Shown here one piece after another: positions 56,955-64,000 of a DNA stretch of 64,000 bases (the stretch's first letter is position 1; the number at the start of each line of letters is the position of its first letter). The translations under genes and the position numbers were made by a program. The stretch comes from a virus. The DNA is taken from positions 32,001 through 96,000 of the IMG/VR virus record IMGVR_UViG_3300032116_000057, one strand, 5' to 3'. Below the pieces are notes generated by a model, which worked only from the letters and a program-made list of their open reading frames with translations, had not been told where the DNA came from and ran no database searches.

Positions 56955-56972
56955 AGGCCCCTTTCGGGGCCT
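56955..56972 (-). terminator. intrinsic terminator after the basic-peptide array
   Basis: AGGCCCC-GAAA-GGGGCCT then TTCTTGTTT on the - strand. Confidence 0.8.
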
Positions 56973-56978
56973 AACTGG

Positions 56979-57266
56979 TTACTTCTTTTTGTGCTTCTTT
57001 TTCTTATGTTCCCGCTTCTCTTCTTCGCGCTCGCCCTTTTTGCCTTCCTTGGCTTCATGGCGTTTTTCGACTTTCTTTTCAGCCTTCTTTTTTAGACGCT
57101 CATCGATCTTACGGTCTGCGGTTTGACTCTCAGGCTTATTACGCTTCCCATGGGCTGTGTCCAATTTTTCAAACTCTTCTTTTTCTTCTTTGGACATTCC
57201 TTTAGTAGTTTTGGCGTCCTGCTTTTTGTCATTTTTCTTGTTATAGGGAAGCCGCTTTCTAGACAT
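56979..57266 (-). CDS. Lys/Glu-rich small protein
   Basis: ORF track; TAATG coupling. Confidence 0.7.
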   Translation of the reverse strand: MSRKRLPYNKKNDKKQDAKTTKGMSKEEKEEFEKLDTAHGKRNKPESQTADRKIDERLKKKAEKKVEKRHEAKEGKKGEREEEKREHKKKKHKKK

Positions 57267-57409
57267 TACATGCCTTTCTTACGAGGCATGGCTTGCTTTT
57301 TACCTTGTGCTTTAGAGCTACCCTTTTTACGGAGAATAGCAAAGTCACCGCTGTCAACCTTATTGTTCTTGTTGGCATCGAGTTTTTTCTGTCCACCTTT
57401 TAGCGCCAT
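57266..57409 (-). CDS. 47-aa basic peptide with EF-hand-like loop
   Basis: Translated by hand: MALKGGQKKLDANKNNKVDSGDFAILRKKG...; TAATG coupling on both sides. Confidence 0.65.
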   Translation of the reverse strand: MALKGGQKKLDANKNNKVDSGDFAILRKKGSSKAQGKKQAMPRKKGM

Positions 57410-57540
57410 TATTTCCCTTTCTTGGCAGCCTTTTTACTGGCAGCCTTCTTCTTAGTACTAGCATACTTCTTGTTGGCAGCGGTTAGAGTCTTCTCGCCGT
57501 GCTTATCTTTGGGGCGCATACATCCGCAAGTTGCACACAT
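57409..57540 (-). CDS. 43-aa peptide: MCxxCGC head and histone-H1-like KKAA tail
   Basis: Translated by hand: MCATCGCMRPKDKHGEKTLTAANKKYASTKKKAASKKAAKKGK. Confidence 0.65.
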   Translation of the reverse strand: MCATCGCMRPKDKHGEKTLTAANKKYASTKKKAASKKAAKKGK

Positions 57541-57546
57541 GTCGGC

Positions 57547-57618
57547 CTACTTACAGCACTTGCACTTGCAAGCTTTGGTTTTGCACTTACCTTTTTTGCA
57601 TCCACATCCAGCGCACAT
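57547..57618 (-). CDS. 23-aa Cys/Lys metallothionein-like peptide
   Basis: Translated by hand: MCAGCGCKKGKCKTKACKCKCCK; TAATG coupling. Confidence 0.55.
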   Translation of the reverse strand: MCAGCGCKKGKCKTKACKCKCCK

Positions 57619-57788
57619 TATTTTTTCTTCTTTCTGGCAGCAGCCATATTGTCTACGAGGTTAGGATAGGGACGGCCTGCTGCCCGAGCCCTAGCCCTAG
57701 CAGAAGCCTTTTGCTTCTTGCTAAGTTTCTTTGATTTACCCGGAGTAGGATCTTTTTTATCCCAAACAGGCTTATCGCTTTTTGCCAC
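57618..57788 (-). CDS. 56-aa basic peptide
   Basis: Translated by hand: MAKSDKPVWDKKDP...ARARARAAGRPYPNLVDNMAAARKKKK. Confidence 0.65.
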   Translation of the reverse strand: MAKSDKPVWDKKDPTPGKSKKLSKKQKASARARARAAGRPYPNLVDNMAAARKKKK

Positions 57789-57909
57789 TTTTTTTCTTCA
57801 CTTTCTTAGGGAGCTTCTTACCCTTAGGGGTTTCACCCCCCCACTTTTCAGCCATTTTAGGGTCATTAGCATACATCCATTTACGCTGAGCTTCGGATTT
57901 AAAGGGCAT
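57772..57909 (-). CDS. 45-aa basic peptide
   Basis: Translated by hand: MPFKSEAQRKWMYANDPKMAEKW...KKR; TAATG coupling. Confidence 0.65.
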   Translation of the reverse strand: MPFKSEAQRKWMYANDPKMAEKWGGETPKGKKLPKKVKKKSGKKR

Positions 57910-58526
57910 TAAATACCTGGCACAGTTCCTTCAGGATCCTCATAGAATGAGTATCTATCTCTAGGACCAAATGGAGTGTAGGTCGCGTACTCTGCAAACT
58001 GTGGGTCATTAATAAGCTCTTCAGCGTTTACCTGGTAGCAGACTACAGAAAATAAGGTGTAGTCATTAGTAATAATCCCCTTAGGTAGTACCTGTCTAGG
58101 GCTAAATACCTGGTTCTTAAATACAACGCGATCTCTTAAAAAAGCATCTGGGTTTGTAGGTAGGGCTCTTAATTCTGGGATAAGCAACGTCTCACTAGTT
58201 GATAGCGAGCTGCCTTCTGCTATATCCATATTTATTGTTATATTTAAAACGTCGGTGTTGTAGAAACCACGGTCACTAGGCACCGTACTGCCTTGTGTCA
58301 AGGTAGCGTTAATAACGGGAATGTGGTATGGGCCAACCCAACGACGTCCCCCAGTATTAGCTCCAACGTCGTATATGGGGTCAACAACAGTAGCAACAGG
58401 GTCATAAAGCCACCACTCTAAGTCATAGCCTACGGTACGTACTATTTCTTTTGTGGTGCCCTTAATAATCGATCCACGCTCATGATTGATCGTAAATCTG
58501 GAACCTTCGACTCGTTCTCCACGCAT
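57909..58526 (-). CDS. putative head-closure/neck protein
   Basis: DPIYD...DRVVF...F pattern; position before tail completion genes. Confidence 0.5.
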   Translation of the reverse strand: MRGERVEGSRFTINHERGSIIKGTTKEIVRTVGYDLEWWLYDPVATVVDPIYDVGANTGGRRWVGPYHIPVINATLTQGSTVPSDRGFYNTDVLNITINMDIAEGSSLSTSETLLIPELRALPTNPDAFLRDRVVFKNQVFSPRQVLPKGIITNDYTLFSVVCYQVNAEELINDPQFAEYATYTPFGPRDRYSFYEDPEGTVPGI

Positions 58527-58573
58527 ATAGAGAGTATATCCCTAAAAGACCTAACCTATAGGGTTTACAAAAC

Positions 58574-59308
58574 CTACTTCTTTTGATGATCAATAAAAGG
58601 GTTATCCCAGGCATCCCTACCCCTAAAATATTTTCTTCCGGCTGAGTGGGGCTTTAGCATGTCCTCTTGTTGCCGTTGCCTAGCTAATTCGGTCCCGGCT
58701 TTGTACTCTAACTCAATCTCTTCAGGGGTAAACAGTTCGTCTGCATATTTGATGGTAAAACGATCTGCAAAATATCTAGGTATTGGTATAAAAGCTCCAA
58801 TAGGATCTCCTGCCTTTATAGTCACATAGATATTAGGTTTGGTGACTTTTAAATTAAAGGTAAAATCACGACTAAGATTATCAGTCTCTATTACCCCAGT
58901 CATATGCATAAGCCCGTGTTGAGGAAAATTAGGTGGGGTTATAGTCATTAAATTTATTCCTGGCGGAGTTCGATAATGCCATAAGTTTTGAATTGTTAAT
59001 ATTCCAGAACCAAAATGACCATCAAATCGTTGACATCTAGCGTCTTCATGTTTTTGATTTATTATAAGGCCATGTATAGAGTCGTCCCCATTCCAATGAA
59101 CAGTTACGTCTCGTTCAGCTCTTACTATAAACCCATAAACATTTCCTATAGACAGCGGAAGGCAATAGTAAAAGTGAGAAGTAAACCAATCTCTTTTTTT
59201 AATTTCTGTCAGAGGTATTAAAAGCTTATCAATATCCTTTTTGTCTATCCCTGGTTGTGGTACGACAACTAACGTTTGTTTTGGAACAAAAGTGTCTTTA
59301 TTAATCAT
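58574..59308 (-). CDS. DUF6065-like protein
   Basis: RDW...YYCLPLSIGN.YG, TPPG.NL, GVIETD, FTFN and GDPI..FIP motifs. Confidence 0.65.
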   Translation of the reverse strand: MINKDTFVPKQTLVVVPQPGIDKKDIDKLLIPLTEIKKRDWFTSHFYYCLPLSIGNVYGFIVRAERDVTVHWNGDDSIHGLIINQKHEDARCQRFDGHFGSGILTIQNLWHYRTPPGINLMTITPPNFPQHGLMHMTGVIETDNLSRDFTFNLKVTKPNIYVTIKAGDPIGAFIPIPRYFADRFTIKYADELFTPEEIELEYKAGTELARQRQQEDMLKPHSAGRKYFRGRDAWDNPFIDHQKK

Positions 59309-60194
59309 GAGTTGGCACCCCTATTTTGCTTATGTTTAAAGGAACTATATACCCGGTTAATTTACAAAACTCATCTATAGTTTTTTTAGGGACACCATAA
59401 AAACCTTCAAGCTCTCCGCGTATAAATTTGTTTCCCCTAGAGGTATCATTTAACATGTCTAATTTGGGGTGGCCATCATTCCACGGCTTTACGTTACTTT
59501 GTATAGCTATTCTATCTTGCGAGTAAAAATGAAAAAATACCGGGTTATTAAAAAAAACTATTGGGTAGCCGTGATAAAAAGCCCTAATACTTAAACACAT
59601 CTCATCACAAAAAAAATCTAATTCTGGGTCTTGAGGCACTTTTAACAAAAACTCTTTTTCAGAAAAAACGCAAGCTCCATGTATATAGTGGTGTTCTGTT
59701 AAGTCTTCGGCTTCTTTATGACTAGGCCAATTTCTAAACTGGGCACCTTCTAATACGGCGTGGGACATACGTAAAACCGGTCCTGTTTCTCTGTTTCCAT
59801 TGGAATATAGTCTATACATCGCGGGGTATGCGCTCAAAACTACTGGGGAATTGAATTTTTCTTTTGCTTTTTTATATACATTTATTATGTCGACATCCCA
59901 ATTTTTTACAGAAAACATGTGTGCGTCTATCTGAAGAACATAATCGTAATCGCTAAACATGGCGGTTGATAAAGATCGCGCCCAAGTTACGCCGTAAGTT
60001 TCTTTTGGATTTACTTTTAGATATCTTAAATTTAAAGTAGGTATAAATGAAAGATCTGGATGCTCGTAGTCTTGAGATACTACAGAGAATAAGATACGAT
60101 CTTTATACTTAGCGTCTTCATAAAAAGAACGAACAGTGTGTTCTAATTCTATTTCTCTATATGAAGGGACAGAAATAAGTATTTTTTCATGCAT
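59301..60194 (-). CDS. GT-A glycosyltransferase, Gnt1/GT60 ([Skp1]-hydroxyproline GlcNAc-transferase)-like
   Basis: ISVPSYRE, GVTWARS, YVLQIDAHM..VKNWD, LSAYP and DPEL.F..DE motifs match the Gnt1 pattern. Confidence 0.8.
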   Translation of the reverse strand: MHEKILISVPSYREIELEHTVRSFYEDAKYKDRILFSVVSQDYEHPDLSFIPTLNLRYLKVNPKETYGVTWARSLSTAMFSDYDYVLQIDAHMFSVKNWDVDIINVYKKAKEKFNSPVVLSAYPAMYRLYSNGNRETGPVLRMSHAVLEGAQFRNWPSHKEAEDLTEHHYIHGACVFSEKEFLLKVPQDPELDFFCDEMCLSIRAFYHGYPIVFFNNPVFFHFYSQDRIAIQSNVKPWNDGHPKLDMLNDTSRGNKFIRGELEGFYGVPKKTIDEFCKLTGYIVPLNISKIGVPTHD

Positions 60195-60754
60195 TAGTAC
60201 AACGCATACTCTTTAGATTTATCAAAAGTCCAAAAAGAAGCAATCGTGTACCTAGTGCTATCTTCTATTTTAGTTACGCCATGAAGATGTTCAGGATCAC
60301 CAGGATGTATAGCTAAGTTTCCAGCTTTTGGTATAACCTCAAAATTATGCTCCGGGTAGTACGTATGACCCCCAGAATAGTTATCGTTTAAATAAATTAT
60401 CGCTCCAAATACCCTATGCTCAAAACCTCTATGTTCTGTATTAGTCATGTCGTCTGCGTGAGGGGGTTGCTCCATTCCGGGAAACCAACGAATAATTTGA
60501 GTAAGATCTGCGTAAACTTCTTTGTCTAGGCCGTACTCAAACATAATAGCGTTTTTAACTTTTATGGTGGCTTCGGCAACAATATCTGCAACTTTAGGGT
60601 CTATGTTTTTTCTAAGGTTGGGAAGTCCTAAAGCCCTATTAGACCAAAAATCATTGCCCGCACCCTCCCAAGTATCTACTTTAGATACGGTGGTTACTAC
60701 GTATTCGCAATCTTCTTTAGATAAAAAATTTGATACTACTTTTGGATTAAACAT
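60194..60754 (-). CDS. 2OG-Fe(II) oxygenase, prolyl-4-hydroxylase-like
   Basis: NFLS.EDC, HAD, IIYLND.Y.GG, HGV and RYT (HxD...H...R). Confidence 0.9.
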   Translation of the reverse strand: MFNPKVVSNFLSKEDCEYVVTTVSKVDTWEGAGNDFWSNRALGLPNLRKNIDPKVADIVAEATIKVKNAIMFEYGLDKEVYADLTQIIRWFPGMEQPPHADDMTNTEHRGFEHRVFGAIIYLNDNYSGGHTYYPEHNFEVIPKAGNLAIHPGDPEHLHGVTKIEDSTRYTIASFWTFDKSKEYALY

Positions 60755-60764
60755 TTTAGCCCTC

Positions 60765-61025
60765 TTAATCTTCCGTTTTAGACCATTTTCCTACGGGACA
60801 TTCCGCAAGTTTTAATTTAGTTTTTAGGTGCATTAAACAACCGCATTTTTTACACTGGTTTGTAGATTTTGTAAGAAATTCGCAGCCCCTACAAATGTTA
60901 AACCTAAGCTCAGCTATAGCGTCGGTAGTGTAATTATCCTTATTTAAAAGTTGCCAAGGTCTAGTTTCTCCTTGAGCTTCTTTCATATCTTGGAGTTTTT
61001 GCTTATATTCTTTCCATGCAGACAT
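60765..61025 (-). CDS. small Cys-rich protein (DUF6171-like)
   Basis: R..ICRGC...QCKKCGC.M..K.....ECPVGKW. Confidence 0.7.
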   Translation of the reverse strand: MSAWKEYKQKLQDMKEAQGETRPWQLLNKDNYTTDAIAELRFNICRGCEFLTKSTNQCKKCGCLMHLKTKLKLAECPVGKWSKTED

Positions 61026-61043
61026 GCGTATAGTGTACCCTAC

Positions 61044-61490
61044 TTAATTGGTGTGGGGTAAAAAGGCGGTTCCGTCATGCACCCAACCAATAGAAACTTC
61101 TTGGGAGCAGGGAAATACATGGGCATCAGAGGATAAACCAGCCTGAATCCTATAAAAATCTTCTGGATCCATATCCTCTTTAACATAGGTAATTGTTCCT
61201 ACTACATCCTCATCAACAACCACAGCTACCCTACAGATACCTTCTGAAACGCTCTCAACTTCTGTAGCCGGATATAGCATTTCAGAGTCAGAATAAAAAA
61301 TTCCATCCTTATATGTGTACGTTTTGTCCACGTTAGGGTAACGGTCGATATTTATGACTGATGGATCAGAGCTAAATGCCGCAATCCATCTGTCCCAACT
61401 TCTTGTACTAATATCGCTGGGTTGATCAGGTAGGTCCATAGTTAAGAACACATCGCCTTCAACAACAAATGCAAATCGTTTTGTTAGCAA
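61044..61490 (-). CDS. fibre-associated protein with internal duplication (possible chaperone)
   Basis: Two repeats of FAFVVEGDV...A.SSD...; directly follows the fibre gene. Confidence 0.55.
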   Translation of the reverse strand: MLTKRFAFVVEGDVFLTMDLPDQPSDISTRSWDRWIAAFSSDPSVINIDRYPNVDKTYTYKDGIFYSDSEMLYPATEVESVSEGICRVAVVVDEDVVGTITYVKEDMDPEDFYRIQAGLSSDAHVFPCSQEVSIGWVHDGTAFLPHTN

Positions 61491-63550
61491 ACGATGCCTC
61501 CCAAGTTAGTACAGTTACCTGCACAGCTTACGGTACCCAGTCTAGCGCACTCTCCGCCAGGGCCATAACCGTAGACTTCACAGATATCTCCTTGGTTAGG
61601 TACACAACCTGGAGGTGGAGGTGGTGGTGGAGGCGGAGGCGGAGGTGGTGGAGGCGGAGGTGTTGACGGACAGCCAACAAACTCACAAAATCCTAAGAAA
61701 CACTCATAGCAAGTCGGACAGCTCACATTACTACATGGATCCGCTGGTGGAGGTGGTGGAGGTGGAGGTGGTGGAGGTGGAGGTGGCGGTGGCGGTGGAG
61801 GCGGTGGTGGAGGTGGCGTACAACTATCCTGACATACGTAAGAGTATCCAGATATGCTTCCACAACAATTATAGTTTGCTATACGCAAGGCATTACCGCA
61901 ACACTCAGCTCGGTATACAGTTCCTGAAGGTATTTCATCACACAAACCGCAGCAACCGCAATCGTTACACCCACAGGGAGCAGGTGGAGGGGGTGGTGGT
62001 GGCGGAGGTGGTGGCGGTGGAGTGCTACAACCAAGACCAACATAGTATGGGCTACCATAGTTTGTAGTTCCATCCGAACACTTAGGCCAATAAGTTTGAT
62101 AGTTAGTGCATCCCGGGCAAGATCCATCAGGGCAGCTTCCGCTACCTACAGGTCCTTGAGTACTTCCATATTGAGTGCCACAAGTTAATGTAGGGCAGCT
62201 GCTTCCAGAGCCGCCACTACCCCCGCAACCAGAAACGTTTACAGCAATACAATTACCATAGCTCGTAAGGGTAGCTGCAGGACAACCATCAGTAGTATAG
62301 ACCCCATCACAGAGTCTTCTATAACCGGTGTAGTTTCCTACGTAGGAATCTTCCCCGTTACATGTAGGTTGTGTAAACGTATAGGTTTCACAAGATCCAC
62401 ATTGAACAGTACAAGTACGAGCAGTAGCAAAACTACCAGTTTCAGTATAACTATTGTTACAGTTATCAGTTCTAGTCCTAGTAGTAGCTGTACCGGATTC
62501 AGTGTTGTTAACGCAGTTACCGCTCCAAGTAATACCGCTGTATGACCATGCTGAGTACGAAGTGATAGTACATCCTCCTGGCCCTGGTGGCGGAGGAGGA
62601 GGTGGCGGTGGAGGTGGAGGCGGTGGTGGCGGAGGTGGTGGTGGAGCTACATATCCGCATACCACCGAGTTAGATTCTACTAATTTGTCTAATATAAATT
62701 CATTATTAGTAACTCCTGCAGAACTATATCGAAGGTACCCAAGACGTTGACGTCTATTTACTCCGCTGCAATACAACTCATTGAGAAATGTACCGACTTG
62801 ATAAAAAGATGAAGTCGCTTCGGTAGTTGCGGGAGACGTTATGTAAATATTGTCTGCAGTGCTACCCTGTTGATCAGAACTTAAAGTTTTAATTAACCCA
62901 ATATAAGTACCTTGAACAGGAGATGGGGGAGTGACTATTAGCGGCACTGATAATTGAGTAGTTGCTAAAAGATCAGAATAAGCGATTATCCTTAACGTTC
63001 CGTCTAAAGATTTTACAGAAATGCTATTTATAGACGTGTAGGCAGAACTACTATAATTTATTACCGCGGTATATACCGTTGATCTTGTTCCCGACACATT
63101 TCTAATAACATCAATAGATGATAGGTATACGCCATCAGACAACGAGTATCTAGGTACTGCTGCCCACCAATTATTAGAGTCTGTTACCCAAAAAGCTAAC
63201 CCGACACCGCCGCTAGTACTTACCCTAGCGTCAAAACTAGAGCTATATAAATCTGCTACGGTTAATGCATTGCTGCTGGGGCTTTCATCACATGATGCTT
63301 GTTGAGACCCATTTACTTTCCAAACACCACCACCAAAAGACAACCATGTTTGTCCACTTTCAGCCGTTCCCAAAGATGATACGGAAGACGCTCTGCTAAA
63401 GGTGTCCTCTATTCTAGAAGCAAACCATTGACGCCATTGACCATTAACTTTAACGTAGGCAGCAGTAACGGTTTTCCATTGACCGCTTATTTTAACTGAA
63501 AGACGAGACGCCGTCCTCCAAGTACCGCCAACCTTCGCTTGACCTGGCAT
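61484..63550 (-). CDS. putative tail fibre/appendage protein with Cys-rich modules and four polyproline runs
   Basis: N-terminal KVGGTWR/KISGQWK/KVNGQWR repeats, beta-sandwich domain, then Cys-rich blocks separated by P20, P13, P24 and P17. Confidence 0.75.
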   Translation of the reverse strand: MPGQAKVGGTWRTASRLSVKISGQWKTVTAAYVKVNGQWRQWFASRIEDTFSRASSVSSLGTAESGQTWLSFGGGVWKVNGSQQASCDESPSSNALTVADLYSSSFDARVSTSGGVGLAFWVTDSNNWWAAVPRYSLSDGVYLSSIDVIRNVSGTRSTVYTAVINYSSSAYTSINSISVKSLDGTLRIIAYSDLLATTQLSVPLIVTPPSPVQGTYIGLIKTLSSDQQGSTADNIYITSPATTEATSSFYQVGTFLNELYCSGVNRRQRLGYLRYSSAGVTNNEFILDKLVESNSVVCGYVAPPPPPPPPPPPPPPPPPPPPGPGGCTITSYSAWSYSGITWSGNCVNNTESGTATTRTRTDNCNNSYTETGSFATARTCTVQCGSCETYTFTQPTCNGEDSYVGNYTGYRRLCDGVYTTDGCPAATLTSYGNCIAVNVSGCGGSGGSGSSCPTLTCGTQYGSTQGPVGSGSCPDGSCPGCTNYQTYWPKCSDGTTNYGSPYYVGLGCSTPPPPPPPPPPPPPAPCGCNDCGCCGLCDEIPSGTVYRAECCGNALRIANYNCCGSISGYSYVCQDSCTPPPPPPPPPPPPPPPPPPPPPPPPADPCSNVSCPTCYECFLGFCEFVGCPSTPPPPPPPPPPPPPPPPPGCVPNQGDICEVYGYGPGGECARLGTVSCAGNCTNLGGIVC

Positions 63551-63786
63551 TAGATATACTGCACCCAGAGATCTCCGTCGTTACCTTGCCCAGATGATGG
63601 GGCGTTAGTAGAGACGAATGTATTTCTAACAGCAGCTTGTCCAGGATTAGCTGTAGTAACTGTTCCGTTATTTACAGCAACTGCGCCAATTGATGCCGGA
63701 GTAATTCCTAAGCTAGCTGGGTTTAGTTGTGGACTACCAAATTGTTCCCACTGTCCGGTATTTGCGTTATATCTTCTAATTGCCAT
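63550..63786 (-). CDS. small fibre-associated structural protein
   Basis: RN.FVST.APSSGQGNDGDLWVQY motif typical of fibre proteins. Confidence 0.65.
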   Translation of the reverse strand: MAIRRYNANTGQWEQFGSPQLNPASLGITPASIGAVAVNNGTVTTANPGQAAVRNTFVSTNAPSSGQGNDGDLWVQYI

Positions 63787-64000
63787 TAATTTACTCCATA
63801 GACTAATGCGGTACCACTTAAAGTTCCGCTAGAGGCTGTTAAGGTTAAAGTAGTAAGTGCAGCAGTATTTTTAAATGCTGATGTAGAATCTACTACGGTA
63901 ACTACATCAGAAGCGTTTGTGTACACCCCCGTCAAAGATGCCCAACGAAATAAATCTGTAGTTACCACGTCTGGGATTTCTAATTCAAAATGGTTTGTAG
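63786..64000 (-). CDS. C-terminal part of a Thr/Ser-rich virion protein (runs off the window)
   Basis: Frame open to the window end; ends LTTLTLTASSGTLSGTALVYGVN. Confidence 0.6.
   Translation of the reverse strand, partial: TNHFELEIPDVVTTDLFRWASLTGVYTNASDVVTVVDSTSAFKNTAALTTLTLTASSGTLSGTALVYGVN

Noticed and set aside
57123-57912. + strand Phe/Leu-rich 'membrane' ORFs
   Set aside because: Shadows of Lys-rich codons on the - strand, where ORFs tile with TAATG coupling
61600-62650. GGT/GGA/GGC repeats as a CRISPR array, microsatellite or poly-Gly + strand ORF
   Set aside because: They are the antisense of mixed-codon polyproline runs in the fibre gene; no repeat-spacer structure
1-64000. Stop-codon reassignment, tRNA genes, integrase
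   Set aside because: Genes tile densely with the standard code and use all three stops; no cloverleaf or recombinase recognised by eye (tRNAscan-SE not run)

Overview
The window is a 64-kb piece of a large contractile-tailed (myovirus-like) dsDNA phage genome. The host is most likely an Actinobacterium, judging from two WhiB genes, TANNNT-N6-ATG leaderless starts and an MSMEG_6728-type glycosylase. Layout: (1) 1-5.9 kb, + strand accessory genes (MoxR-type AAA + VWA pair, glycosylase, small ORFs) ending at a convergent terminator; (2) 6-17 kb, - strand: class II RNR, a nucleotidyltransferase/HAD-like/TGT-like trio, many small basic unknowns, holin; (3) 17.3-21.5 kb, + strand envelope/lysis cassette with a mucin-like secreted protein, membrane proteins, a lipoprotein and a CHAP endolysin; (4) 21.5-40 kb, - strand replication/recombination genes; (5) 40-58.5 kb, baseplate, tape measure, tube, sheath, neck and a coupled array of tiny Lys/Cys-rich peptides; (6) 58.5-64 kb, fibre genes. 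The best candidate for a new system is in block 6: a Cys-rich fibre with four long polyproline runs encoded next to a prolyl-4-hydroxylase-like 2OG-Fe(II) oxygenase and a Gnt1/GT60-like hydroxyproline GlcNAc-transferase, suggesting an extensin/Skp1-like Hyp-glycosylation pathway for a virion protein. I saw no tRNA, rRNA or CRISPR array. All family calls come from motif recognition by eye; no database searches were run.
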